NCBI GenBank assembly: GCA_010093605.1
Contig: MU004187.1
Coordinates: 1,726,882 to 1,790,881 of the forward strand
Direction: 5' to 3'
From: Lophium mytilinum
Lineage: Eukaryota
Length of the DNA stretch: 64,000 nucleotides
The notes under the pieces: model-generated
What the model was told of the DNA's origin: nothing
Databases searched by the model: none
The model's input: only the letters and a program-made list of their open reading frames with translations
Shown: positions 47,308-60,778 of the stretch, piece by piece
Layout of the letters: each line of letters starts with the position of its first letter
How positions within the stretch are numbered: position 1 is the stretch's first letter
Made by a program: the position numbers and the translations under genes

Positions 47308-49021
47308 TCAAGTCATCCGCTTCCTCGAATTCACATTCCGCCCCGCACCCACCTTCGGCCTCCCCCCGACCTTATTCCGATCCCCCGTCAGAATCCCCGG
47401 CAGGTAGTCCTCGTCCATGAGATCGCGCGTCTTCTGGCGGCGCTGGCCTTCGATCGCGCGCGCGTACTCCTTCTGGTCCTCGGCGAGGATGAGCTCCTGG
47501 CCCCAGCCGCCCTTGCCGCCGCCGACGTCGCGCTTGCCGTTGGAGGAGCCGTGCACCGCTTTCGGGATGCTGTAGCGCTCGCCGCGGTGGTTCCATTGGA
47601 AGTTTTTCTTGAGGTGGAGTTTGAATTCGCCGGCTGAGGAGGTCGAGCAGGCGACGCGGGTCAGTGAGGGCTTGCCGCAGCGGGGGCAGAATTGCTTGTC
47701 CATTTGCTTGGTGGTGAGGAAGCAGGCGTAGCAGCGGAGGATGTAGGTATTTAGGCGGCTGATGCGGCTGGTGGGGGTGAGTGTTAGTAAAGAGAGACAG
47801 GGAGGACTGGTGTGACTGGACTCACGCGAGAGATGTTGAGAGGAGATTGAGGTTCATCTGGAGAAGGACGTTTTGCATGGCGAAATCGGTGGTCAAGGTT
47901 GCTACCGACATGGTCTTTGGCTGCTTGTATGATTTGAATGATTTGTTATCTTCTTTCGTCTGGTGCTTCTTCAGGTTGGAGGGTGTGATCCAGCCACCGC
48001 CGTCAGAGTCGTCAGAGGACTCTGTTAGTTGGGGCACTTCTTCATCGTCTTGTTCCACAGGGCCAACGTCTTCAGTAGAGTCAGACATATGTAGCTCTGC
48101 GAGTTTTGAATCTACGTCCTCAGGTTGCGAGACTGGTGTGTCTTGTTCGATCTGGACTCCCTCTGCCCCGTGATTCGAGGGATTGTTGGACGTCTCTTCT
48201 GCGGGTAGGGGTTCGGAAGCTTCATCTGTAGTGACTGGAACCCCGCCCAACTCCGATACTTGAGTAGAATCAACGGAGGTCTGTGAGTTTTCCGGGGGCT
48301 CAACAGCAGAATCTGCTACAATGACTTCAAGCCGTTCATCTTGGGAGGCTACTTCTGGGGTTTCTGTTGGCAGTTGCGTTGCGCTTGGAGCAGTTTCTGA
48401 CGTCTCTTGCGCAGTAACGCTAGGCTGAGAAGCATCTATCTGTTGAGCGTTTGGTGATTGTGTCTCCTTCTCCTTACTTGGGAAGGGTCCATTCAACTCT
48501 TTCTGTCCGGGAACACTCCGTAGGCGCCAATTACCGCCGTTCTTTTCGCCTGATCTCGGTCAAAAAAGCAAAACCTAGAATCGGGGAGGGAAGACCAACA
48601 CTCAAGTTCATATGCTAGTGCTAGAATCTCCAAATCAGGTCTGCTCCGAGTCAGTGTGTGATGTCTTAACGATGATGGGTGAACGTGACCTGCTCAGCAC
48701 CGCGAAATCACCGGTCTTTTTAGCAAACTGTGCGACAACCTCATAGCTGGCTGGAGTTGGGTTTCGTATTGTCAGAAATGGCAATAGGGTTGTTTCCAAG
48801 CGTGATCGTGTTGCTGGATCTCTGATTTCTCGCACGACGGCGGGTGTGGCTAATTTTGATCAGCACATATCCAGCCGTGCGCATACAACCAACACGTTAG
48901 CACATCACTTACTAATGAGTGCTTCTGACTGTGCGAGCAAGCTACTGACTGCCGGAATGTTTTTAATGATCGGGCCTGCATCGAGGATAAGTGTATGTAC
49001 GGGTTTGTCCGAGGAGTCCAT
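47308..49021 (-). CDS. NOB1: 20S pre-rRNA D-site endonuclease Nob1, 5 exons
   Basis: PIN motifs LILDAGP, EIRD, FAKKTGD..LS, GGWITPSN and TTDFAMQNVLLQM, plus zinc ribbon C..C...FCPRCG. Confidence 0.93.
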
Positions 49022-52000
49022 ATTTCCGGCTGGTGCTCCTTGCAGAGGAACAAGCAGAGGTTCAGTTTTCGAAACGCTCAACGGGTATTATTGTAGTTAT
49101 GGTGGACAGATTGACGATATCACGATGTGATGCGCTGGTGGTGGGAAAGTTTCGTCAGTGCACAGCTTTTTTAGCGCTTGTCCGTTTTGAATCTAACAGC
49201 TTCTAATACAGCTTTGTCATCTCTCCCGCTGTGTAACATTTCTTCTAACTATTCCTCTAAGCTCTAGCTCTCCCGCTTCCTTCGACCAAGAGACGTCCTG
49301 TCAGGTTCGAACCGCCTAGGAACATTCAACTACGCCACGAACGGGTCCTCAAAGCCGTCCCTAAAGCTTCCGTGCCGTCAAAGCCAACAGCGCCACTCTC
49401 ATCCCAACTCGTAGCTCTGCAGTAGCCTAAGCAATCCGTCTTGCCACGTCGTCGAGGCTCGCAGAACATCCGGACTATCATCCGCGATAACTCGTACTTC
49501 TTCATAGCTGCTACGTGCTCGATATACTCGCTCACATCTTCGGTATGACTTGACGTGGACAAAGGAGAACCCCCAGAATGAATGGAGGCATAGTGTGGAT
49601 AAGAGAGTGAGAATCAGGGGAAGGAAACAAACGGGGCGTGAAGAGCCGGAGGCTACGACAAGCATGGAGCTCACCGCTCACCGATCACCTGGAGTTTCTT
49701 TTGGCGGTAGCTCCCGTTCCGTAGATCGTCCACAACCTACCGTCAATGCCGTTGTTGACCAGTTCGCCTACGTCTTTAGTTCCGAGAGTATATCCAGATT
49801 TTCGGGTTCTTCATTCCTCCATTCGGTCCATTACATGCCGCTTGTCAAGTCTTCGCCTGATGCGTCGAGTTGCTGATGGGTTGCCCCTTGCTGCATAAAC
49901 TGTGAATAGCACCCCCTCGGAGTTCGTCCGCGTCTTCATGGAAACGCTACATCGATCTCACGACGACATCTTGCGCCGTCGTGGACGACACGGACAGGAA
50001 GTACATGTTTGATACACCTACGAGCCTGGCATTGTGTCAGCTGTGGGCCAGAAGTGTCAGCTGTGAGGGTATGTTTAGTTTGTCATCACGGCTCGGGACG
50101 CAGACCGCCTCTCAGACTTACGCATAGAATCTAGGCGCCCCTCATCCGCTAACTTCATCCCTTTGCCTCTCCTGATACGGTATACTACTACCTTTTGTGA
50201 TCCGCAGAAGACTCCTAGTCGTGAGCCTTGAGATGATAAGGAGAGAAGAGAGAGTCCAGTGTCAGTCTAACGCGCAGAGAGCTAACATGATATAGGGTCG
50301 CTAAAGGGCTCTTATCCGGGCATCCTCCGAAAGAGCGCAACCGCCGGTAAGGCCTTTTCGCCTTCCGTTCTTGAGCTCGGGACGCAGTGGAAGCGACGTG
50401 GCAAAGAGACGGTGGGTGTCCCTCATTGGCGAGCTCTAGAGGACTGTGCTGTTCACGTGGCTGTCCAGGTGGCTCGACCAGCTCTGGGTTTACGAGGCAA
50501 TGCGTGTGCCGCGAAGTGCAGCAGCATAAAGTCTAACCTTATCATCCAAGGGGGTGCAGCTGACCAGGCATCGTGGAAATGGGTGGAGATCCGATTCGGC
50601 CTGGCTCCTGGGAACGTCCAAGATTGCTACCGACGTCGACATGCTGCAGCGTTGGAGAAGCTGTTCTCCCGGTAGAAACGCCATCGTATGGATAAGCGGC
50701 ACCTTTTACATTGGCCAATCGTGTCGGCTGGTCTTCTTGTGTGGGTGCATTCCGTTGAATCTCGCGTCGAACAGCAGGCCATCAACCGGTCATGGACCGG
50801 TCAAGTGTATGAGCGAGGCCTTGCAATGCTTTCAGTTCTTGCTACGCTGTCAAAGGTGCGTCCGACTTTCTTTTGAGCTCGAGTAAGCTGTAATAAGTCA
50901 TTCTCCTTCGTGTGGTCTTGGTGTGTCGTCAAATTACATCCGTGGTCTTCTTCCGTATCCGTCGCCGAGCCTGAGAGGTATGTATGTCACATCCACTAAG
51001 TTGCCATCTAGTAACTGGGTCGACTGATCTGTCCGACGAAGGATTCTGGTTGGTGCCCATCCTGTCGGCGTCTTGAACGCGTTGACCGGAAACGTACTTC
51101 ATGCCTGAAGCAATGGCGACCGCAGCTAAGAAACAGGGCAAATTCAGGCAAACAGAGAACATGCAGCATGCGTGAGCTGTATGTCTTTCGCCCCGTTTTA
51201 GCGCGCTCTCTGAGACTGTGCCACTCGTCTTAGCTGTCAGCTGGTGCAGCAGAGTGGGCGCGTAGCTGTACTTAATGAGCCGCCGCTCCCGCAAACCTAG
51301 GAACGATCAGACTTTGCAACGAATCTTTCTCCTTGTCTTTGACAGTTAGGAACGGCCTACCAGTCCGGAATAGAGCTGAACGTCCGACTAATTGCCGGAG
51401 CAGGGAACGATATCGAGTCGATACACAAAAAGCAACGCGACCATCTCCAGTCCCTTCGGCTCGCATGCCCCAGTGCCGTCGCCTCTTTATAGCTAGCCGG
51501 CAACTCGCCATCCAGTTGAGCCTCATCTCTCCGCCTCCACAGCTCCATCCGGTCCGCGAGCGATTCATTTCCCGCCCACTACCACTCCTTTCGCAGGCCC
51601 ATAGGTGTTGACTTCGAACGACGATCTAATGTCTTGGCACGCGCGACGTGTCAATATATTTCGGTTTCCTAGGATCATGTCACTCCGCCCTCGGGACCGT
51701 CGACTGGCTGCCTGACACGAAAGCGAGCGTCTAGCTGGCACTGCCGTGTCTTCCGGCATCATCATGCACAATGGCGTCGAACTAGAGTGGTTGGTCGAAT
51801 CTGCAGGCTTTAGGTGTCCAGCGCGGCGGTATGCGCGCCCAAGATTCCAACAAAACCTGCTACCTGACGCATTGCGGCAGCTGACACCTCTGCGATAACC
51901 ACCGAGTTGTTTACCCAGTCGGCTCACGCTGCTCCAACGATAAGTGAGCCTGATGCCTTCTGGATCAAGAAGCAAACCGCGCCCACCATGATCGCGAAGA

Positions 52001-52488
52001 ATTTGGTTCTCGGGAGATACGGGGCGCTGTGGAACGCTTCCTTCGAACCCAACAGCTCCGCGACCAGTGTCCCGGGCTATCATAGCCCATCGCCCCGGCG
52101 GAACAGGCCATCCATGTCGGCTTCGATGGTGGGGTATTATGTGGAGGTCTGGGGGGCGGCGCAGTGCAGCAGCCAGCAGATCCTAGACACACCGCTATCC
52201 TGCGAATGGAGCCATGCACCTTTATCTGCAACCCGCAATGCTCGTGCTGTCATTATACGAGCTAGGGGAGGAGTCGTCTGACCCTTTGCGCCGTCGCAGC
52301 TGTGAGTCGGAGAGTCTACCGTAAGAGCCTCATCGGACAACTTGAGATAAAGCTTCCGGTAGGGCGAAGATGGGAGTAGTGAATGTGAGCAGCAAACGAT
52401 AACCATCCATTCTATACTTTTGCAGTCAGTCTGGCTCCAATTGGTAGGTTCTCGTCGCGAATCTCAAGTCCAAGCAATCGCGCCCGCA

Positions 52489-53385
52489 ATGGCAGTGAGT
52501 AATTCCACGGAAACATACCTCCATTTGAGTTGACTGGAAGATCTTTCGCAGCCTACTTTCCTCGTCAGAGTTGATGTGATGAGACCCCAACCCGCAGGAT
52601 TCGGGCAGTCCGTCGATTCCTATGGTCGATGGACCCCACCAAAGGCATTTGGCGGGAATATATCGGCTGGGGGAGGCACGTCTGGTCTATACTACTACTG
52701 CGATGGCCAAAGGATCGTCCAAAGCGCATGGCCCACAAATCCCCCGCCCACGCATTTCAAAACCTATTCTGTGTATTTCCAGGAGAACGACTTCTACGTC
52801 GCTAATGGCGACGCTACAAGAAGTCAGGTTGGCGACGGCAAAGCACCGCAGTCCGAGACAGAAGAAGATTCAGAAGAAGAGGACGAAGAAAAACCCAAAC
52901 CACCATTCATAATCGACGGATGGTTTAGAATGAGTTTTACCTATTGCCAAAATTACGTCTCTCACGTTTGCTATGATGGGGAACAGCGCAAACTATGCTT
53001 CCAGCATGCACAACAGGACTGGGTTAGAATGCTATTCCCACCCGCATATCACGCCGACATATTATCGCAACCGGGGACACACTACGGCGGCCTGACCGGA
53101 GATCTCCCGCTGTTCCTGGCCCTCATCATGTTCTCTGTCCAAGAAAACCTGGGCCATTGGGCTCTGACGAGTTTGTTCCAAGGAGGCAGCTGGACACCTC
53201 ATACACAACCGCACGGTCGTAAGGCGCCCACGTCCTCGCAATGGGTATTGGTACAAACTGACAATATACAAGGCGGCGACAGACGTGGAATGGTGGTGAG
53301 TGTCTGGGCGTGGCCACCAACTACAACTACGCCTACCCACTTGGCTCAGCTGGAAAACGGGGTTTTTGGAAAATTCTTCTATTGA
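52489..53385 (+). CDS. Hypothetical fungal protein, 3 exons (6-nt first coding exon)
   Basis: ATGGCA|gtgagt...ttgac...cgcag joins in frame to ORF 52576-53385. A probable second intron lies near 53219-53272. Confidence 0.6.
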
Positions 53386-53830
53386 GATATGCCCATTTTC
53401 AGTTCGATGACATTACACTATACGTTCTGTAGCCGACTGCACCGACTACACCCTCTGTCTGCACCACTGATTGGACTACGTTTCCTTTTCATGACTCAAC
53501 ATACGATCTTCTTAATATTTCACGTTGTTATGGGTATCTACGGTTTCAACGTTTTCAACGCTGCCTTCACCTTCTTTGGATATCTTTGCTATCAGTCCTA
53601 TGGGTTACCGATCTTTCATTCTGATATGCATACTTTACAGTACGGTCGCACGACCGAGAGTCACGTGAGCCAATTCGATTATTAGTCAACAAATTCTTAC
53701 GACACCACATTGGTTCCCATGTTGCCCCGCTACTACTATCTTGGAAACGCTAGAGTATAGGAACTTTTCAAAGCACAATGTATCGAAATATCCCTTCACC
53801 AAGCTTACATATTTGTATTCTCCCGGACTT

Positions 53831-54982
53831 TCAGATCTCATAAACAAGCTTCTCACCACTAACCGGCCTCATCCACTCCTCCGTCTCCTCTCCGCCCCTC
53901 TGTCCCATACTTCCAGGTCCCAACAGCTTGAACCCATCCGGCACAATCCTCTCGAGCCCACCCGGCATCTTCCTAACCGGATTCGGTAGTAGCTCACTCT
54001 CCGCAACTTGCGAAAGCCACCTGTAAAACTCAACCGCAAACGCACGAGCAGGCGCCGAGGGCTGCACTACGAATCCTTGATACTCAACCCTCTCTCCCAA
54101 TCCTTCCCACACCGCCCCGTACACGGGTTCCGTGGGCAAAGTTCCAGGCTCAGCTGCCCACGCCTTGCCAGCGCGGGAGCGCACTACAGCCATCTTGCCC
54201 ACTGAAGACAGCGTCGATGCCACTGTAGCGACCGACGGACCTTCGGAGATGCAGTCATAGCCAATGTCGACGCCTGCGCCGTCCGTTAAAGCACGGACCT
54301 GGGCTGGCCAGGTCTCATCCCGGTAGTCCACGAGCGAGGTGAATCCATACGGTGCCGCTGAAAGCATAGCATGACGTGAGGGGCTCGCGGCGCCGATGAG
54401 GCGGAGCGACATTCCGTAGGCCTTGGCAGCGAGTTGGAGGAGCTGGGCAGCGTTCAGGCCGACAGAGGTGGAGGCGCCGTAGATGAAAGCGGTCAAGGTT
54501 TTCCCGGTACTCTCTGTTGAAGGTTTCGCGTCGTATGGAAACGGTGCTGGTAGGCCTAGGCGCGGGAAGAGGCCTTGCGCGGCTGTGAGGGCGGTCAAGG
54601 ATACTGATGCTGCGTCTGCGAGACTCAAGCCGTCTTGTACGCGCCAGACTAGGTCGTGTGGGACAACTAGGTAGTTGGCAAAAGCGCCGGGTCGGTCGTT
54701 TGCGGAGCAGGCGCCTTGGAGGAAGCCGGCGACGCGTTGGCCGGCTTTGAAGGTTGGGTTTAGGGAGGAGACGTCTGATCCTAGTGCCTTGACTGTGCCT
54801 GCGAAGTCGGTGCCGACCACTCGTCCTGTCTTGCCGAGCGGATTGAAGGTGTATAGAGCGTCGACTGGATTCAGAGCAATTGCTTCGACATGGACGAGTA
54901 GCTCGTTCGGGCCTGGTTCTGGGATCGGGATCCGCTGGACGTTTGCAGTCTTTGAGGTAGCATCAAGGATAAGGGCGTCCAT
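53831..54982 (-). CDS. MDR superfamily enoyl-reductase-like oxidoreductase (ToxD/LovC-like)
   Basis: ALNPVD, GTDFAGTV, GAFANY, IYGASTSVG, DCIS and VSGEKLV. Confidence 0.88.
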   Translation of the reverse strand: MDALILDATSKTANVQRIPIPEPGPNELLVHVEAIALNPVDALYTFNPLGKTGRVVGTDFAGTVKALGSDVSSLNPTFKAGQRVAGFLQGACSANDRPGAFANYLVVPHDLVWRVQDGLSLADAASVSLTALTAAQGLFPRLGLPAPFPYDAKPSTESTGKTLTAFIYGASTSVGLNAAQLLQLAAKAYGMSLRLIGAASPSRHAMLSAAPYGFTSLVDYRDETWPAQVRALTDGAGVDIGYDCISEGPSVATVASTLSSVGKMAVVRSRAGKAWAAEPGTLPTEPVYGAVWEGLGERVEYQGFVVQPSAPARAFAVEFYRWLSQVAESELLPNPVRKMPGGLERIVPDGFKLLGPGSMGQRGGEETEEWMRPVSGEKLVYEI

Positions 54983-55223
54983 TGCGAAAGATCAAATATT
55001 GATGGCTCGATTTCGGAGATGATGAGATGCTGGGTCTGTAGATGTGCTTGTTCGTTGTGATCGGCTTCTATACTTACTTTATACATACCCTCGAATAGAT
55101 TACTGTACCATCACGTGACCATGCTGACTTACGTGATCTTACATCTGAAGCGGCCGAACGATTTCCGAGCTGCATCGTGTGGTTATAGGGCGTGAGGGGT
55201 GCATGCTGAGTTATCAGCTCTGC

Positions 55224-56566
55224 TTACGGAGCGACGCCGTGCTCTGCAAGCTGCTCGTCCCAAGGCAACCAAGGCTGGTCTTCATATGACCTCATGCACT
55301 TTACGTCTGCGGGCGGTTTCAGCTTCCAGTCGATCTTCGAGGATGCATCTTCTGTAGTCCCCCATCGAGAGACGTATCCCTTAAGCTCTTTGATTCGCTT
55401 CGCCATGGGGTCGCTGTATGCAACATTAACGCTAGGAATCACAGCGATCTTGCCGTAGCCGTAGTACCACAAGTCCTTGCAAAAGAGCTTCGGCTCGCCT
55501 TGGAAGCACTCGCCCTCGTAGGAGACGCGGAATCTGACATGCTTCTCTAGTAGCGGTTTGGCAGCAAACGCTACAGCGCCATTCCAGCATGAGAATACTT
55601 GGAACGGTTTGCCGTACTCCAATCTCTCAGCACTGGCCCGGTGGTTCCAAAATAGCTTCCAGGCGAGGTCCCAGTCGCCGGTTTCTGGGACGAAGAAGAA
55701 AGAGTCGCCGTGCATGCCGCTAGCTATCCATACGTCGTAGAAGGTCGGGTTGTCGCCGAGAAAGGTCCAGTCCATTGCGCATGTCATGTCGGCTTGCTGA
55801 TAAACGCGTTGGTGGATTAGCTCTAAGATGTCTTCCATGCACAACGCTACGTCGTTGAGGAAGATCACGGTGGTTTCTGGCGCGTAGCTGTTTGGGTTCT
55901 CCAAAAGTGGCTTGAGAGCTTGGTTTCGTAATCCTGCGAGAACCTCGATCCGAACGCCTTCTTTTGCCATTGGGTCGGTCTCATTGGTTGCGAATGTGTA
56001 CTCGACACCGATGCTTGCGAGGGTCTCCTGGAGGAGCTTCAGGATCTCGTAGGTGCCATCTACTGAACGACCTTCGACTATCGAGAGTGCGCAGTTCTCA
56101 GGACCGAGAAAGCGCATGGTCTCGACAATAGACCCGATCAATCGGGGAAGGACGTGAGCGCAGTCAGTGAGATCCAAGGCAAAGAAGTACTCTGGCATTC
56201 GCGTTGTGATGTTTACGACATTCGAACTTCTGCGAAAATGTTCGTAGCGGGTTCCTTCCAGGGCCGGGCATTCTAGTCGGTCAAAAAGGCGGTCTTCCGG
56301 ATTCATGATGGCTTCAATGAACGGAGGTGCAGAGTCGAGCCATCGCGGCGACGCCTTCTTTTCAGAAACACGATCTTCTTATGTTAGAATCAGGGTCATG
56401 GAATCGCAGGCTTTGGGCATGTCGTACCTGTCGTAGTCGTAGGTACATGAGTGGTGCGAGAGCGTTGTCCCTCAAATGAGGACCCGATCAAGAAGTACGC
56501 AAGGGTGACAAACGACAGACAGACGAAAGTCGCTCGCAATAGAGACTTGAACCTTCGCGGAGGCAT
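55224..56566 (-). CDS. CAP59/CMT1-like alpha-1,3-mannosyltransferase (GT69), 2 exons
   Basis: Type II N-terminal TM, then SIVEGRS.DGT, LA.LRN.AL.PL, FLNDV, CAMDW, FYDVW and VFSCWNG. Confidence 0.88.
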
Positions 56567-57810
56567 CAAGACACGGGATGACTGCAGATTCGAGTGTTTA
56601 CAGATGTCAAGACTCTCCTATAAAGCTTAAGCAGGGAGGTACGCGCGTACCATCCGCAATTTCCCATCCACCCTATCCGTCCTCCCGCCGAATCCCGTAC
56701 AAAGGTATCAATCCAATTAGTACTTCGCAGTACTGGACATCCACTGTTTAGGCGCTCGCCACAGTGCCATGATTGTATCATATTGGCGAGTATAGCGCAG
56801 CACTGTACCAGCTGTGGCGGCGAGCGTCAAAAGGGGTCGAGTGAAGATCTTCAAAGATCCTGGCATGAGTCAAGGAGGCCGAAGTCTCGCCTTTCGTCCT
56901 TTGATAAGACCTTGCACAGCCACCTATTTGCTAATATGTAAACCTCGAGGGCAAAGCAGCATATTGAAAGCCCATTAGTATCAATAGACATCAATAATCA
57001 GCACTCTGAGGTCAGCTTCGAATAGGAGGTTGTCGCTAGAACATTTGGTAGGTAGCGTCAAACTGGCAGCTTCTTTTATTCCATGTTTCCCCTTGATGAA
57101 GCACGCTGTCAATACGTTGGAGCGTTGCTGTACTTTGATGAGGTGTCGGTTGAAAGATGCGAATGATCGAGGTTTGCTACACAGCACCCTTGTCTGTCGC
57201 GAAACTCGGCCCGATTTTGAATAGCACGCCAACTACAAGATACCTTCAAGCTATATACAACTTCAGAATGCTCTTATCAATCTATTCACATAAAACGCAT
57301 ATGTGCTCTCCCTCTCTCCAAAGAGCGGCTCGGAAATACATTGGCGCGCCATCACCAATCCCAAGCCCAGCTGCACCTCTCACCTCATAGCCAGGATGTT
57401 GCTCGACAAACACGCTCTCCAGGCATCCCCATCGCGCAACACTCCAACCTTTTTGCGCGACCCCGGCCTAAGACTCCGATACCAGCCTATCAGCTCTCGC
57501 TGATACCGCGCCTCGCTTCGTGATAAGGAAGTGTGAAGCGACGGGCTCTGGATAGTGGCCCATCACCACTGGCGACGCTGATGAATCCACGGCATCAAGC
57601 TGCCGTAGTGCGAGCGGGGTATGGAAAGACGCGATGAGAGTGGGTGATAGCGCGTATACAACTGATATCCGTATGCGGATATCTGTGCGAAAGAGTGGAT
57701 GTGTTGTGCTACTTAAGGGGACGAGATATCTTGGAAGTGAAGACATTGAGTTCAGGCTTTCAGACCATTACCGTTGATCCAGATACATCTCAGTCCAACA
57801 TCAGATTGCC

Positions 57811-59309
57811 ATGGCTCCACACGCAGCAGACGACGTCCAGGTGGAACAGCCTGCCTCTCCGACTCGCACTACTGCTCGTACCATCCCTGAGATCAAGAAG
57901 AGTGTTGCGGGACTGACGCAGAGCGCTTCTTTCCCGGCTCCGCTCGAGTATTCTGGCTCTCTCGATGCGTACGAGTCTTTTGATGTGACGAATGTTATCG
58001 GCCGCGAGTATACGAAGCTCCAGCTCTCTGAGATTCTCAAGGATGACGCCAAACTTCGGGATCTTGCTATCACAGGTATGATCCATTGTCCATTAGGCGA
58101 ATCGAGTCTTACTGATAGTATGGCGTAGTCTCCCAGCGCGGTGTAGTGTTCTTCAGGAACCAGGATATCAACATCGACGACCAGAAGATTTTGGGGCAGA
58201 AGTTGGGTGAACTTACAGGAAAGCCCAGCACTTCGAAGGCAAGTTATATTCCGGCATTAGTGAAGCCCTCTAACGGTTAGATTGCAGCTCCATAAGCATG
58301 CTCTATCGAACAGCAAAAGAGGAATCTCCGTGGATGAGAACGGCAAGCTTGATGACGAAGTTTCCGTTATTTCCTCCGACCAAAACAGGAAGTACTACAA
58401 GGGCCGCTTCTTCAACTCGAAGAGGCTTGCAAGCGAGGGCTGGCACGCTGAGTATGACTCCCTTTGACGCTAGATCTTGTAGATACTGACAATGAGCCAA
58501 GCATCACCTTCGAGCGTATTCCATCAGACTACGCGATCTTGAAGATCGTCAAGACGCCAGACGATGTCGGAGGAGACACGCTTTGGGCATCTGGCTACGA
58601 GGCTTTTGATCGTCTGTCTCCAGTTTGGCAACGATTTGCCGAAAACTTGACTGCTACTCATTATCAGGTAAGTAAATACGGAAAGATGTGCATGGAGAGT
58701 TTATTGACGGAATCCAAGCCAAACTTCAACAAAGTTGCCCTGGAGCATGGTCTTGAACTCATCGAGGATGACAGGGGTGCACCAGAGAACAAGGGCAATG
58801 ACTTCACCGCTTCTCAGTACGTAAAAATCTGCAAGCGTTCTTCTTCGACCAGGCACTAATGGTTATTACTTAGCCCCGTTGTCCGCACCAACCCGGTGAC
58901 TGGATGGAAGAGTCTTTTCGGTGCCGGACACCAGGTCCATGCTGGATGGATTGACAATGTGACAGAGACGGAAAGCGAAGTAATTAAAGAATACTGTAAG
59001 TACCTCCGCTGGAGAATTCGTAGCTATGCTAATGTCTGCACAAGTCAACCGCTTGATTCACGAGAACCATGACCTACAAGTGCGGTTCAAGTGGAACAAG
59101 AACGACCTCGCCATCTGGGACAAGTAAGCAAACACCCCTCTCAGACTTTGCTCTGCACGATATTGACTGCACACAGCCGTTCCGTTTACCACACGGCTAC
59201 TAATGACTACGAGGGAAAGCGGCAAGGTAACAGGGTCGTGTCATTGGGCGAGAAGCCGTTTTACAACCCAGCTTCGAGGTCGCGTCGCGAGGCTCTAGCT
59301 GGGCTTTGA
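57811..59309 (+). CDS. TauD/TfdA family alpha-ketoglutarate-dependent sulfonate dioxygenase, multi-exon
   Basis: IGRE, LRDLA, RGVVFFRNQD, GWHAD/ITFE across an intron, GGDTLWASGY, PVVRTNPVTGWKS and AIWDNR...H.A. Confidence 0.9.
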
Positions 59310-59549
59310 GAGTCACTGTTCACAGTTAATGCATTGTCCTCCTTGGTTGCATTTGGAGCGACTCACGTGTTTAATAGGGTAACCGCTTGAATTCAGAGGT
59401 CAACCAATTATTGCCTACAATTAACCTATGGCAACATGATTTTGATGCAAAAGGAGGCAGTGAGAGCTCTGTACCTAACCTATCCTTGCCCTAGACGCCC
59501 AGAAGTTCCCCAGAAGTGTGGTACTGAAGAGCGGAAGCGTGGTACACGC

Positions 59550-60458
59550 TCATGCTGTTCGTCGCCATTTCGTCTCATCTTCGCCATTGGTTCCGTCCAC
59601 GCCATTGCTCCCGTGAGCGGCCTCGTCGTCGTCCTCTCTTGTCCTCACTGTGCCTGCGCCGGCGCCTAGGGTGCCGCCTCCTCCAAAGAAGTTGCCGTCC
59701 GCATCACCCAGAGCTCCACCTCCGATGAAGTTCCCGGCCTCATCAAGGTATTGATCCATATTCTCCGACGTGATCCAGCCGCTAGCACCAGGCGCAGTAT
59801 CTTCTTCCTCATCGTCCTCATCTGACTCTAGAGACGCTGGATCCGGATGCAGGTCCGAGCAAGCATTCATCGCAGCGAAGAGCTCTTTGATGTAGGGGGC
59901 CGTGGTCTCGGTGACAGAGGTGTAATCCGGCGGAAGGACTGTCAGTTCAAGTACCTCGATCTCATCCTCAGCGTTCACAAGCTCAGTGTCGTTCAGGCTC
60001 AGCTCCATGTACAAGGCTTCCAGACCGGCCTCTGATGATGTGTACTGCGGTCCTTTGAGTCGCGAGATGGCGTGGAGAGCGATGGAGGGGTATGGAATTG
60101 AGATGCCCGTGTTTGATGGCTCCAACTGGAAGAGAACGAGACGTCTATGGCCAAGGTTAGCTATGGAGTTGTCAAACAGCGGGAAGAGGACATACTCAGA
60201 AGTGACCCAAATTTCGACATTGGAGATGGTCGCAGGCTGAGACGTAGCAGGTCCATCCACTACTGCAGTAGGTTGGAACTTCGCAATGGCAGCATGCGAG
60301 TGGAGCTGGTCCTGTGGGATTTGGAGGGTGACGCCCGAATGCTTGCAGTGGAGGACTGGTTTTGCGCCGAAGAAAGTGTTGGGAGTCTGGCTTTGGTGCT
60401 CTTCGAGGGCAGTGAAGGCTTCCAACCGCGGCCTCTCAGAGAGAATTTCGAGCGCCAT
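59550..60458 (-). CDS. LOT5: Lot5/ICln-like (Voldacs domain) protein, 2 exons
   Basis: EHQSQTP.TFF, WVTS, IPYPSIALHA, AMNACSDLHPD and GWITSEN. Confidence 0.82.
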   Translation of the reverse strand: MALEILSERPRLEAFTALEEHQSQTPNTFFGAKPVLHCKHSGVTLQIPQDQLHSHAAIAKFQPTAVVDGPATSQPATISNVEIWVTSEYVLFPLFDNSIANLGHRRLVLFQLEPSNTGISIPYPSIALHAISRLKGPQYTSSEAGLEALYMELSLNDTELVNAEDEIEVLELTVLPPDYTSVTETTAPYIKELFAAMNACSDLHPDPASLESDEDDEEEDTAPGASGWITSENMDQYLDEAGNFIGGGALGDADGNFFGGGGTLGAGAGTVRTREDDDEAAHGSNGVDGTNGEDETKWRRTA

Positions 60459-60778
60459 GATGATAGGATTGGAGGCTGCGAAGCTATTTCGCAATTGTAG
60501 TGCTCAGTGTGATAATGCCCCTCTACTCTTAGGATGTTGTTGCCTGCTGCTGTGCCTGATTTCGAGTTGCGCTCGAGTAACAATACTTCAAGACAATTCC
60601 AAAGCAACTTACGCAGTGGTAACAACCTGGAAGCACAGACAAGTGTAGACGAGGTCTTGCGATGATGTTGTCAGGACGAGGAAAGTGAACCTCTAAATTT
60701 CGAAGAAGATCTGCGGGGTGCTTGGCGCGCAAAGAAAGTCCCCTCAAACTCCGCACTCTCCTCCGAACCCCAACCACC

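Noticed and set aside
49290..49325. tRNA-like T-loop (ggttcgaacc)
   Set aside because: No acceptor stem, D-arm or cloverleaf could be built around it.
53831..59309. Secondary-metabolite cluster (enoyl reductase, glycosyltransferase, dioxygenase)
   Set aside because: There is no backbone synthase. The GT69 and TauD/Jlp1-like families typically act in glycan synthesis and sulfur scavenging.
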